A stretch of 64,000 nt of DNA. Origin: Piromyces finnis finn (taxonomy: Eukaryota; Fungi; Neocallimastigomycota). Made by a program: the position numbers and the translations under genes. Shown here in pieces: positions 1 to 11,868 of the stretch. The DNA lies in NCBI GenBank assembly GCA_002104945.1, contig MCFH01000032.1, positions 434,001 to 498,000 of the forward strand, in the 5' to 3' direction. The notes beneath the pieces were generated by a model, which was not told where the DNA came from, made no database searches, and saw only the letters and a list, made by a program, of their open reading frames with translations. Position 1 is the first letter of the stretch. Each line of letters opens with the position of its first letter.

Positions 1-1192
1 TTTATTATTTTATTATTTAATTAAATTAGTATTAAATTAGTTTTGTTTATTTTATATTGAATATATGTATAATTAAATAGAATAGTATATTAAAATATAA
101 TTTACAAAAAATATAAATACATGTAAAATTTCTTGATTAAAACGATGTAATTGTTATTGACTATAGTTTAGTTAATAACTAAATAAGAATAAATAAAAGA
201 GGATATAAATAAATTTTGTTTTGTTTTTAATTTTTTATTTTATTTAGTGTTTTTGTTTTATTGTAAAAAATTTTATAATCTGTTTTAAATTTTAAAATTT
301 TTACAAAACTTATGTTTTATTATTGAAGCATTTCTTTCAAAGCACATCAAAAATAATAATAATAATAAATTAAAATAAAATAATATAATAGTTAGAATTA
401 ATCATAAAAAACAGAGTACAGCTAGTAACAACACTTGAGTTGTGGAGGAGGCGCTCAAAGTTATTTTATAAAAATACAAACTATAATTATTTTATAAATT
501 TTAAATTATTTTTATTTTTTGGAACGAATTTCTAAAACACTTTTCTTTTCAAATTTTCTTGAAAATTAGATTTATTTGATAATATTTTAAAAAAATATTA
601 CATAATAAACTAATATTGACTTCCTACACGTAAAAAGTTAGTCTTTGATTTCATAATACTTTTGAGTTTAGGTATAGTTGAAACACGGGGAAATTAATTT
701 GTTCAACTCTTTCACACTAACAAGAGTTAGCTATCATAAAGAATTAAACAATATTACTTCCTATTATCGAAAGATATTAACATTCGACTTTACCTACTTT
801 ATCGTGAAAGAGCTAAAGGAATTCTTAGATATTAGTTTATAACAAATTATATATTTGGTGGTCTAACACTATATAATTTGGTATATATTTTTAATTAATT
901 GTTGTTAATAAATATAATTGAAGAAAGCTTTTAATTTTAATAAAACATATTTTTCTATTTTTTTTCTTTAAATTTGTTCCATTAAAAAAATTTTTTGGGA
1001 AGCTTTGTTTAATTTAATATTGATAATCGAAATATTCTTTTCTTATCAAGTTTGAGTTAAACAATTTATATTTCAGCAATAGACAAGCCTTATTGATTTA
1101 TTAACAGGGGCATATTAGGGGTAATAGTAAGAACCTGAAGCGCATGACGGAACTTAGATCTCGTGAATAAAGTGACAGAAACATCCATTACC

Positions 1193-1972
1193 AGAATGCT
1201 CCTTCAGTATTCCAAAGATTTATTCAGGACATTCTATCTGATGCTATTGGTGTCTTTGCCCAAGTATATCTAGACGACATTATTATATACTCCCGAAACG
1301 AATCTGACCATATCAAACACGTAAAACAGATCTTAAATACATTAGCAAAAAACAGCCTTTACGCAAAGTTAGAGAAATGTGTGTTTTACGTGAAAGAAAC
1401 TACTTTCCTCGGTTTTACTGTTTCTACGAATGGCCTAACAATGGACAAAAACAAAGTGAAATCAATAATTGAGTGGCCTGTCCCGAAAAATCTTAAAGAA
1501 CTTCAAAGTTTTTTAGGATTGTGCAATTTCTATAAAAAGTTTATAAAAAACTTCGCTGGAATAATGGAACCGCTCCGCAAACTCCTTAAGAAGAATTCTG
1601 AATTCAAATGGGATAGTGCTATTAATGAAGCATTTAATAAGCTAAAGAATTCCTTTTTAGAAAATGAACTTCTTATTTTTCCCTGACCCTGAAAAGGAAT
1701 TTGTAGTAGAAACAGACGCAAGCGACTTTGCTTTAGGATGTATTATTTCCCAAATATCCGAAGCCGATAATCTATTACATCCAGTCGCTTTTTATTCAAG
1801 ATCTTTAAGTAACGCTGAATTTAATTATACTATATACGAAAAAGAGCTACTCGCAATAATCACGGCTTCGACATCTGGAGGCATCATCTTGAGGGTGCCA
1901 AATATCCTGTACAAATTATTACGGATCACCGTAATTTATTGTATTTTAAAAAACCTCAACATCTTAACCAGA
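1193..1972 (+). pseudogene. pol: G1 pol fragment: RT C-terminal half and RNase H, two frameshifts
   Basis: Reads NAPSVFQRFIQD..QVYLDDIIIYS, VVETDASDFALG and [13 protein letters not shown]. Frame breaks near 1684 and 1868. Confidence 0.92.
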
Positions 1973-2588
1973 TGTAAAGATATCAAACACCTCAGCTTGA
2001 TATCTTTAATGTAACTTAAGCCACAAGTATTATTGTTTAAGTTACACAAATTATATTCAGAAAAAGAAAATGAGACATAATTTATTTATTAATAATTAAA
2101 GTTTAAAACAAAATAAATTATTAATTTATTTTTAATGTTTAACAAGTAAATTAAAATTCTCAATTTAAATCCCTAGTTTTAGTATTGTTTTTTCATAGAA
2201 ATAGATAACTAATATATAAATAATAAATGATTAATATATCAATAATACATGGGCACATATTCAAATTGAATAGTACTTAATTTGAATTGCCAATTGTATT
2301 TTACTAAAAATAGTTATAGTTTAAATATTTATTAATAATTAAGATTTTAGTGTAGGTTTTAAATAATAATATATAAGAAATAAATAGTTATAATATAATA
2401 TAAATGTATTTAGGAAAAATATAAATAGAAGATATTTTTCATCATTTTATCGATGTAATTGTTATTAACAATTTTATTACAATAAATTAATAAAAAATAA
2501 ACTATTCTTTATAAAGCATATTTATTTTGTGTTGTTATTGTAATAGGTTAGATATCCTAATCTATTCGGTTTAGTGTCTGACTTTACA
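1973..2588. mobile_element. Solo LTR (616 bp) inserted in G1 pol
   Basis: Termini TGTAAAG...CTTTACA; TSD CCAGA at 1968-1972 and 2589-2593. Removing it restores [15 protein letters not shown]. Confidence 0.93.
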
Positions 2589-2593
2589 CCAGA

Positions 2594-3996
2594 GACAGAT
2601 ACGCTGGAGTATGTTTCTATCTAAATTTGACTATAGAATATCTTTTAGGCCAGGAGCTAGAGAGGGTAAACCAGATGCACTTTCAAGACGTCCAGATTAC
2701 AAAAGAAATAAGACTGGTACAAATAGTCCTTTGCTTAAAGAAGAAGCCTTTTGCTGCACAATCCGTGACAGTATTAGTGGCCTTATTGAAGCCCAAAAGG
2801 ACGATAAATTCTGCAAAGAGACTTTGGAAAAAATTAAAGATAAGTCAAACAATATAAAAAGTTCTTTATTTAGTCTTATTGATGGCGTATTGCATTTCCA
2901 AAATCGGATTATTTTACCATCTCCCCTCAGGGCAGGAATTCTTAGAAAATTTCATGACAACCCTCTAAGTGGCCATAGTGGTATTGATAAAACCTTAGAT
3001 AGAATTAAACGTTACTACTGGTGGCCAAATATGAAGAGGGATATCCAAAATTACGTTTCTTCATGTATTATATGTGGGAAATGTAAAACTCGCAGGCATA
3101 AGCCATATGGAAAAGTACAGCCTCTCCCAATCCCAAATAGACCTTGGGAAATAATTGGAGTCGATTTTATAGTATCTTTACCCATATTGCAAAATTGTAC
3201 TTGTATCATGGTTGTCGGAGATCACTTAACTAAAATGATCCATCTAGTGCCCTGTGCTGATGTTCCTTCTGCTGACTTAATAGCTAAACTCTTATTATTC
3301 AATGTGTTCCGTTATCATGGTTTCCCAAAGATCGTTATTTCTGATCACGGTTCTCAGTTCTCCTCAGAATTCTGGATTTCACTCTGTTCTACTCTTAATA
3401 TTAAACCAAATATTGCTACCGCATTTCATCAACAATCCAATGGCCAAATAGAAAGAGCAAATGCTGTAGTAGAGCAATATTTAAGATGCTACTGTTCAAC
3501 AAGTCAAAGTGAATGGTGTTATTATCTATCCCTTTGTGAATTTGCTTACAACAACTCCCTACACAAATCCACAGGTAAGTCTCCTTTTTTTGCTAACTAT
3601 GGATTCAATCAGAGTTGCGATATTAGCTCACCTCCAATTTTTTTAAAAGACAATGCATCTAATTTATTGAGAGACTGGTCATCTCATTTCAATGCACTAA
3701 AGTCACAACTAGCGAAAGCAAAAGATGATTTCAAAAAATATTCAGATTCTAAAAAATCATCTGGTCCTATATTGAATGTGAATGATATGGTATGGCTTAA
3801 AAGACACTATTTTACAAATGAGCCTTCAAAAAAACTATCTTCTCAATATTTAGGAACTTTCAAAATTATTGAAAAAAGAGATAGAATGAACTACCGTTTG
3901 GAATTACCAGAATCTATACGAATTCATCCTGTATTTCATATCTCCCAGCTAGAACCTTATATTAAAAGGAATAACGAGCTAATAGATTCTTTATAA
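2594..3996 (+). pseudogene. pol: G1 pol fragment: RNase H end and integrase
   Basis: HHCC zinc finger (FHDNPLSGH...CIICGKC), core GVDF..SDHGSQF..NGQIER, and a GPY/F-like tail YLGTFKI..IHPVFHISQLEPY. No chromodomain follows. Confidence 0.92.
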
Positions 3997-4005
3997 AAGG
4001 AGCAA

Positions 4006-4786
4006 TGTAAGAATAAATACTTATTATTTATTCTTAGTATTAAACATTACAAATAATTTATTTAGTTAATAATCATTAATCCATTAGATTATATTAATAT
4101 ATTTATTTATTATTATAGTTATTTGTTAAGTTAAATATTGTAAATATTTATTTAGTTAATAATTATTCATTCACTATATTAGATTAATTAATTTATTTAA
4201 TTATGTATTTATACATTCATTTATATATACTTGTATTATAAAAAATAAAACACATACTAATTACATTAATAATATTATACAACTATATATTAGTATGTAA
4301 TAGGAAATCGGATATTAAGGTTTTACCCGTTATCAACGGTTTTACTTAATATTACGATGATTGGTATGATTAGAATATCAATCAAATAACTTTTTAGGTT
4401 TTTCTTCTAGTCTTTTCCTAAAAAGATTTTTGTTAAGATTAGAATGTTCTTAGAAATTTTAATTTAATAAAATAAAACATATAAATAGTACTCTTGAGTT
4501 CGATTTGAGAAATCAAGAGTTATTATTATAAGATTAATTATAATAAATAACTTTATACAAAATAATAAATAATAAAATCAATATTAAAAAACTATTAAAT
4601 ACACAAAATAATTCTGATACATTTGGTGTTTGTTTATTATAATTTCTTATAACTCATTAAGTTAAGTTTCTAATTTTACCTTTATTTTCACATTTTAATA
4701 ATAATTTATATTATTAATTTGAAGCTAATAATTATTATTATATAATAAATATAATATAATATAAATATTATAATAAAATTACTACA
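4006..4786 (+). repeat. 3' LTR of G1 (G family)
   Basis: TGTAAG...TAATAAAATTACTACA. Shares the CTCTTGA..TCAAGAGTTATTAT motif with LTRs 56639-57263 and 61616-62243. Followed by CAGTA. Confidence 0.85.
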
Positions 4787-4792
4787 CAGTAA

Positions 4793-5400
4793 TGGTACAA
4801 CCTGTTTGTTTTGTTTGTACCTTTATATGGATCAATACAACTAGAATGAATAAAACAATTATTATATTATAATGAAATAACACAACAATAAAAATGATTT
4901 TTATATTTTATGTATTATTGTTTATATTCTTTTTATTTATCTTTGATCAATAATGTACTATTAATGATTTAAACTCTTATGATAGAAATAAACAAGTATA
5001 ATTCACTAGATTATAATCTGAATATCACTATTAATTCCTACTTAAATCTAATAATAATATTATTTATCTATCTAGTATTATCACTTATGCCTATTTTCTT
5101 ATTATTATTTCTTATTATCTTTTTATATCGTTCCCCCCCTTTTAATATTTATTAATTCTCTTTTATTAAATACTCTTTGTTGTAATTAAGGTTTTTAGTC
5201 TTTTTAATTAATTTTATTTATAATTTTTATTTTAGTTATTGCTATAAGCGTTATTAATTAAATCAATAATTGTTTGTTTATAAATTTATATATTAAATTT
5301 TTATTAAACCTAAAATACTTAAAGTAGAATTATTATTAGTAAATTTAAAGGTTAAATTGGAATTCCTATGCTCTTACATTTTTCTGAATCAGTCGTACCA
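4793..5400. mobile_element. Solo LTR (608 bp)
   Basis: Termini TGGTAC...GTACCA; 4-bp TSD GTAA at 4789-4792 and 5401-5404. Confidence 0.8.
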
Positions 5401-5404
5401 GTAA

Positions 5405-6192
5405 TGCTACGGTTCAAATAAGATATCACAAAACATTTGAATAGTTATAAAAATAAAAATTTATTTAATTTTAATTTTTATTCATTTAATTTATTTTTGA
5501 TCTTTCAATTTTTAAAATTTTTCTCAAAAATCCTCGTACTTTTTCCAACTATCCATTATTTGAAATTTAATGATTTTTGGATAGCTAAGGATTTAAATTG
5601 ATTTCATTCATAATATATGGATCATTCACTGTAACATATATTAATTAAATCCTTAATATATATTATGAATAATCTCTTAATATTTGAATAGAAAAATTTT
5701 TAATTTATAATTAATAAAATTTTAATATATTTTACATGTAACATTTTTTTCATATATTAACTAGTCAACTACATCCTATAATAAATTTATATTAGTTGAT
5801 TAATTATGTCCTTATTTAGCTATAAACAATAATTTTATGTCAAGGTATCTTCTGTTATTTGTGTAACAATTACCTTTTCTAGTAATTAAATTATAGCTCA
5901 TTTTCATTTAATAATCTTAATTTCTGAATATTATATAATAAAGTTAATTAATAAAATAAATCTTAATTAATAATAAAATATACAATCATTTTAATAATAA
6001 GAATTAAGTAAAATTTTATAAGAATAAAACATTATAATAAGACTAATATTAAAAGTAATGAAATAACTATATACAAATAATATAACTATATAATAAAATA
6101 TAATTAATTAATAAGAAAATGTATAAAAATTATTATATAATTTTATAATTCAAAAATAGAGTTAAACAGTAGTAAGGAATGTAAATAGTTCA
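5405..6192 (-). repeat. Partial B-family LTR
   Basis: Starts TGCTACGGTTCAAATAAGATATCAC like 20732 and 26907. Collinear with them up to AAATAGTTCA, where it is interrupted. Confidence 0.88.
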
Positions 6193-7038
6193 TGTTAAAT
6201 CACGCAGATTCGGGTTAGGTTTGGATTAATTAACTAGGTCTGGAATGGTTATAAACTAATAATAATAGAAACTAATTTCCTTAATTATCCGGTTATTGGA
6301 TGAAATTATATGCAATGGATTTATTAACTAAAATGACACTTTAATTTCAAATTTCATTAAAATAAAATTAAGTTTAAATCAACTTTTATTTATAAAATTA
6401 GTTACAAGGGAAATCTAATGTAATTTATTAATCTTTACTATTATTAATTTATCTAATTAAAATTAATAATCTTACTACTGATCAACATTTAACTAAACTA
6501 CTCTATTTATACTAATTTCACAAAGTTACAATTTCTACATAATTAATTCACATGGCTATTTTATTAATATTAATTAATTAATTTTTGTAACTATGATTTT
6601 TATAAACTGTCACGAGTAATAATAATTATTAATATAATATTTTATTATTTTAAGTCATGAGTTTAAATAACTTTTCACAACTTTTATCATCTGATTACTA
6701 ATTTAGAAATTAATAATTAAATTTATTATTAATAGTAATACTTAAACCAATACCTAAAAGTTTAGAAAATTTTTTATTAATTTTAAGTGTGAAATTTTTA
6801 ATATTTAATTTATATTGAATTCCCTTTAATTGGTCATAAGTAACTTAACCTTTTTGGAATATTGATGATTTAAATGTACCAAAAGATAGCTTAGGCCTTT
6901 AGCTTTCTAATGTTCATAATATCATCAAAGTAATTTAATTTTTCCAGTAATTATCTTAGGTTTCGTAATTCACACTTTATTTAAGGATTAGGTGTTTCAC
7001 ATCTATGGGATTATCTAAATCCACTTAGATTCGTGACA
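6193..7038. mobile_element. L-like LTR segment, possibly two pieces (6608-7038 has its own TGTCACGA...TCGTGACA termini)
   Basis: TG...CA flanked by GTTCA on both sides (6188-6192, 7039-7043). Carries the GGTCTGGAATG motif shared with L-like LTR ends. Confidence 0.6.
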
Positions 7039-7043
7039 GTTCA

Positions 7044-8021
7044 TGTTAAGTTTTTGGATTTGGTTATGCGGCCAGGTCAGAATGTTATCAATTATATAGT
7101 AAATATGTTTTTAAGAAATTAAATTTAAATATAAAATAACCCTTTAAACTTCCAAATGAAAAATTAATATTTATTCTTTAGAATAACTTTTTTTATAAAA
7201 TTTTATTTATTTATTAATAATAATATAAATGATAATATATTCAATAACTATATAATTAAGATTATAACTATAATCTTTACAAAGAATTAAAATCAAATTC
7301 AATTCATTCTATTTTATATTCTTTGTTCAGATTATTAAATTGATAAAAATAAAGTATTACATGTAATATATTAATAACATAATAAGATTGTTTGTTTGTT
7401 TGTTTGTTTGTTTTGTCATGACATAAAATAAAATAAACATATGATTAATCATTTAAACACTTGATCCATTAACCTATTTTATAATAATTAAAATTATTTA
7501 ATTTATAAATGTTAACTGTTACACCTAAATGGTTTAGTTCTATTTTTAGTAACAGTCACTATCATTAATTAAATTAATATAATTAAAATTTCTATTGATA
7601 TCTTTTTAATTTTCGTCAAGTCATAAGAAATGTCTATGATCCATACTTGATATCATATTGATTTTAATTTACTTATTAAAATCTTCAAATGACCATATCT
7701 TTCTTAAATGACCAGTTAGAAGGACCGCGATTGTACCAAAATATAGCTTTTTCCTTAAGCTTTCTAATAATCCCGGTTTCATAGCCGTAGTACTTATAGC
7801 CGTAGCGATCGTTTTTGGCAAGTTACGCGTAGTTTCGTATTTGTTTATTTTTGGCTAAGGGTTATAGTGTATTGATATTAAATTTTTGAAATCATAACCC
7901 TTTCACTGAATCAAAATTTAAAAGGTGACTGTTTTAAAATAATCATTGAAATTATTTAATTATAATTATTATGTTTAATTAATTATCTGAATTTGTTTTA
8001 AATCCAGTTAATATCTTCACA
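7044..8021 (-). mobile_element. L-family solo LTR (978 bp, internally shortened)
   Basis: TGTTAAGTTTTTGG...ATCTTCACA, homologous to 29063-30194; TSD GTTCA at 7039-7043 and 8022-8026. Confidence 0.92.
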
Positions 8022-8026
8022 GTTCA

Positions 8027-9245
8027 TGTAGAGTGGGCTAGGATTGGTATGTAACTTGGTCAGAATGTTTCATATAATATAACTTAATTTTCTAATAAAA
8101 TATTAAACTTATTTATTATTAAATATTTTCTTCAAAACTTATTAAAGAATTTAATTAATACTAATTTAAAATTAAATAGGTTTTTATATTTAAAATAAAA
8201 ATTTTAATATAATTTAATTATAAAATTCGTTTATTAATTATTTATTTATTAAGATAATATTTATTAAGTTATATTATAGTTAATAATTAATAATTAATAA
8301 TCTTACAAAGAATTTCAAAATTGATTTCAATTCTTTGTTTAAATACTTTTTTCTTACATATAATAAATTTACATTGATATTAATATTGATATTAATAATA
8401 AAGATAAAAATAAAATAATTTTAAATTAAAATATTAATAATTGATATTGATATTAATAATATGAATTCATATGATAGATCTTAAGATAATCTTTTAAATT
8501 ACTTTTAAAATAAAAGTATTGTTTAACCATTTTAAATTGTAAATATTTAATATTATAAATTGAGAATAACAATTACTGATACTAATTATATATTCTCATG
8601 ATCAATTAATTAATAATTATAACTAATGATTTTTGATCCAAAGGCTTTTTGGTTTGATTATGATTGAGGTTATTAATCAAAATTATTTGAAAAATTATTA
8701 ATTAATTTTTATAATTGATTAGGTTTATAATCAAGAATATTTATTATCTAACCTTATTTAATAATAATGGAGAATTTTTAAATTGAATTATTTATAGAAA
8801 GTTGGATGACTTGAATAATGACTTTAATTATATAAATTAATATTAATCATTTTAATATATATTATTATATATTTATTGGAACTAATTAATTCTTTAAATA
8901 GCTATATCTCAAGAACTAGTGGTCTAAATTAGCTGAAAATTTGTGAGAATATAGATCTCGACTAGTACTTTCTAATAAAATTAATTTGAAGTCTCTAGAA
9001 AAGGAAAATAGGACGCGAGATTCAGAAGTTATCACTAGTTTCGTATAGTGCATTTTCTTCTCAAGGGTTAATTTATTGAAAATTAAATTTTTGTGATCCT
9101 TAACCCTTTTCAATATTAAATTTTTCCAAGTGATATTTTTTAATTATTTTTAAAAGTGTTTTATAATTTTTGAAATATAAATTTGATTTTTAAATTGTTT
9201 ATTTGAATATTTAATTTATTTTTTAATCGTCTTCTATTCTTGACA
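8027..9245 (-). mobile_element. Diverged L-like LTR, probably recombinant
   Basis: TGTAGAG...TCTTGACA. Has the GGTCAGAATG motif and the AAGGGTTA..TAACCCTT inverted repeat as in L. Flanks differ (GTTCA vs ACACA). Confidence 0.65.
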
Positions 9246-9299
9246 ACACACTTTCTATAGTAAAATATAGAATTAAGATAATATTTTTCTATTGTATCA
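9246..9299. repeat. Terminal fragment of an E-type LTR
   Basis: CACTTTCTATA..TATAGAATTAAGATAATATTTTTC..GTATCA matches the end of 54527-55193. Confidence 0.7.
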
Positions 9300-9302
9300 T
9301 AA

Positions 9303-9889
9303 TGATACGTTATAAAATAAAATATCATAATATTATTATTTATTTTGAGGTTGTGGTAATAAGGAATATTGCTGAAATAATATATTCCAGTTATTAATAA
9401 TTATGCAATATAGTTATTATGTATTTATTTACTTATTTATTATTATTTGTTGTTATTATTATCATTATTATTATTATAAACAAAATAAGCCTTTTATTAT
9501 TATTAAATATTTATCTTTATTAAAATATATTATAATTAGTATTTTTACATTTATTTATTATTAATAATACATATTTAAAATAACTATCTTTCCTATATAA
9601 ATATACTACTTATTCACTATTAATATTACTAAACTATTACTAAATTTCTCATTTTATTATATCTTATTATCTTTGGAACTTAATTACAAAATCAAGAACA
9701 TTATTTTAATTTTTTAATTATTAATTATATTTATATTAGTACATATTAAATATTTTTTTTTTAATTAATTTCATATTAATTAATTTCATTATTAATTAAA
9801 GTTATTATTAATTTATTATTATCTTAACCCTTATATGAATCAACCTGGAATTTCTACCAAAAGTAGTATTTTCTGTTCGTCACGTATCA
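9303..9889. mobile_element. Solo LTR (587 bp), D-like termini
   Basis: TGATACG...CGTATCA. The 4-bp TSD ATAA is seen at 9299-9302, and at 9890 once later insertions are removed. Confidence 0.75.
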
Positions 9890-9892
9890 ATA

Positions 9893-10714
9893 TGTAGTAA
9901 TTTTATTATAATATTTAATATAAATATTATAATAAAATTACTTGTTGATAACTCAATATTAAAATTTAATATTAAATTATATGTATATGAAAAAAAAATT
10001 AAATATGAAATTAAAAAACTAGAACTTAACGAGTTTATTATAAGGATTTATAATAAACAACAAAAAACACAAATAGGAAGAGGGATGAGAATAAAATGGA
10101 TACTATAAGAATTATGTTTTATTAATAATATGATTTTTTTTATTAATTAATTTTTATTAAATAAAATTATTTGTTATTTATTATAATTAATTTTTCTTAT
10201 AATAATAACTCTTGAATTTTAAAGAATTTCAAGAGTGTTTATTTATATTTTTATTAAAAAATAAGGTTAAATAAATGAGTTCTAATCTTAACAAATAAAA
10301 TGTTTAGGAAAAGACTAGAAGAAAAACCTAAACAAGTTTTCAACCAATATTCTAATCATATTGGTTATCGTGTAAATTTTAAGTAAAACCAATTATTTGT
10401 AATAATAATCGGAAAAACCTTAAAATACCGATTTCCTAAAGTAAATCCGTGTTTAGATATAACAGGTAAATTAATTAGTAATATATAGTTTAAAGGGTAA
10501 AATTACGGATTCTTGTATATAAATATTATTTAAAAAATCAAATGAACAAATTATTATTTAATTAAATAAATTAAATAAATTATATAAATATATGAAATAT
10601 ATTTAACTAAATAAATTAAATAAATAATTTAAGTGTATAAAATATTATTAACTAAATTATTAAACTAATAAGAAATATTAATTATTTAGATTGAAATAAT
10701 TATTATTTCTTACA
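9893..10714 (-). mobile_element. G-family solo LTR (822 bp)
   Basis: Reverse-complement homolog of 4006-4786 (starts TGTAGTAATTTTATTA); TSD CAATA at 9888-9892 and 10715-10719. Confidence 0.85.
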
Positions 10715-10724
10715 CAATAAATAA

Positions 10725-11867
10725 TGTCACAATAACATATATAAAAATTTCAAATTATAAAATTTCTAATATTTGAAATTATTAAATTTTTTTTAAAATT
10801 ATTAAAATTTTATTATAAAAAATTTTATTTTAAATTTATTAACTATTTACAATAATTATATTAATTATTAATTTATAAAAATTAAATATTTTATAATTAG
10901 ACAATAATTAATTAAAATTAAAAAATGTAATAATTAAAATTGTTCATGTATAAAAAGAACAAAAATTGACAAAAATTACGAAGCTTTAGCGTTAGTAATT
11001 TTTTAACTTAAAGTTAATAAAATTTATAAACTCCTATAAAACCCAAATCTTTAAAAATTTTAATATTTTAATAACTTAATATATGCTGATATTAAGTTAT
11101 TGCTAAAATAAAAATATTATTTAATTTTCTTTATATAAATATTATTAGCTTTACGCCTTCAATAGGAAAGCGTATTATATTTGTTAATTAATATATGTCA
11201 AAGATTTCACTTCAGTTAGGTCGGAACGTACATATTTACCCTAAGTTTATCAATTAATTAAATAAATGAATTAGTAAATTTTTAAATAAATAATATTTTA
11301 TTAACTTTATTTATTAATAAATTTTTATTTAAAGAAAAATCTTTATTTATTAGTTATTATTATAATTAGAGTAAATATTAAATGTAATGAACTCTCGAAA
11401 TTCCTAATGATAGGAATTTTCTCGAGTATTTATACTATCTCTAATATTAAGGAATACATTTTAAATTTAATACATGACTAATTATTTATATTAATTAACT
11501 ATTCTATAAATTAATTATATATTAATTATATATGACTTTTCACTCGTGTTAAATTTAATAATTATAAAAGTCATATTATCAATCATTTATAGAAGGAATG
11601 ATTATTTCATAATTTAGTTTTAATTTCCTTCTTAATCAAATGAACAAAGAAATATTAATTCAAACTTTAATAAATATAAAATCTTAATACTTATAATTAA
11701 TTAATATTTCTTAAAATATTATAATTATGTTTTATAATAAAATATTTCTAATTAATTAAACGAATAAAACACTAATTAAATAAATAATCATGAATCCACT
11801 TATATTCATGACAATATAACTAGTGTGCTTACCACACTTTTCTTTAATAAAAAATCGCTTTTTGACA
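10725..11867 (+). mobile_element. A-family solo LTR, inverted relative to A, carrying a nested LTR
   Basis: Reverse complement of 13320-13941 (TGTCACAATAAC...GCTTTTTGACA). TSD AATAA at 10720-10724; the right copy is split between 11868 and 13315-13318. Confidence 0.9.
11196..11813. mobile_element. L-like solo LTR (618 bp) nested in the A-family solo LTR
   Basis: TGTCA...TGACA; TSD ATATA at 11191-11195 and 11814-11818. The host LTR rejoins cleanly; AGGTCGGAACG motif present. Confidence 0.88.
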
Positions 11868-11868
11868 A

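Larger units (their letters stand above)
1193..4786 (+). mobile_element. 5'-truncated Ty3/Gypsy element G1 (partial pol plus 3' LTR)
   Basis: RT-RH-IN sequence closely parallels element G (59500-61620). A purine tract AAAAGGAGCAA precedes the LTR at 4006. Gag, PR and the 5' LTR are absent. Confidence 0.9.

Noticed and set aside
405-470. Short GC-richer patch (GAGTTGTGGAGGAGGCGCTC)
   Set aside because: No tRNA fold, ORF or second copy was found in the window, so it cannot be assigned.
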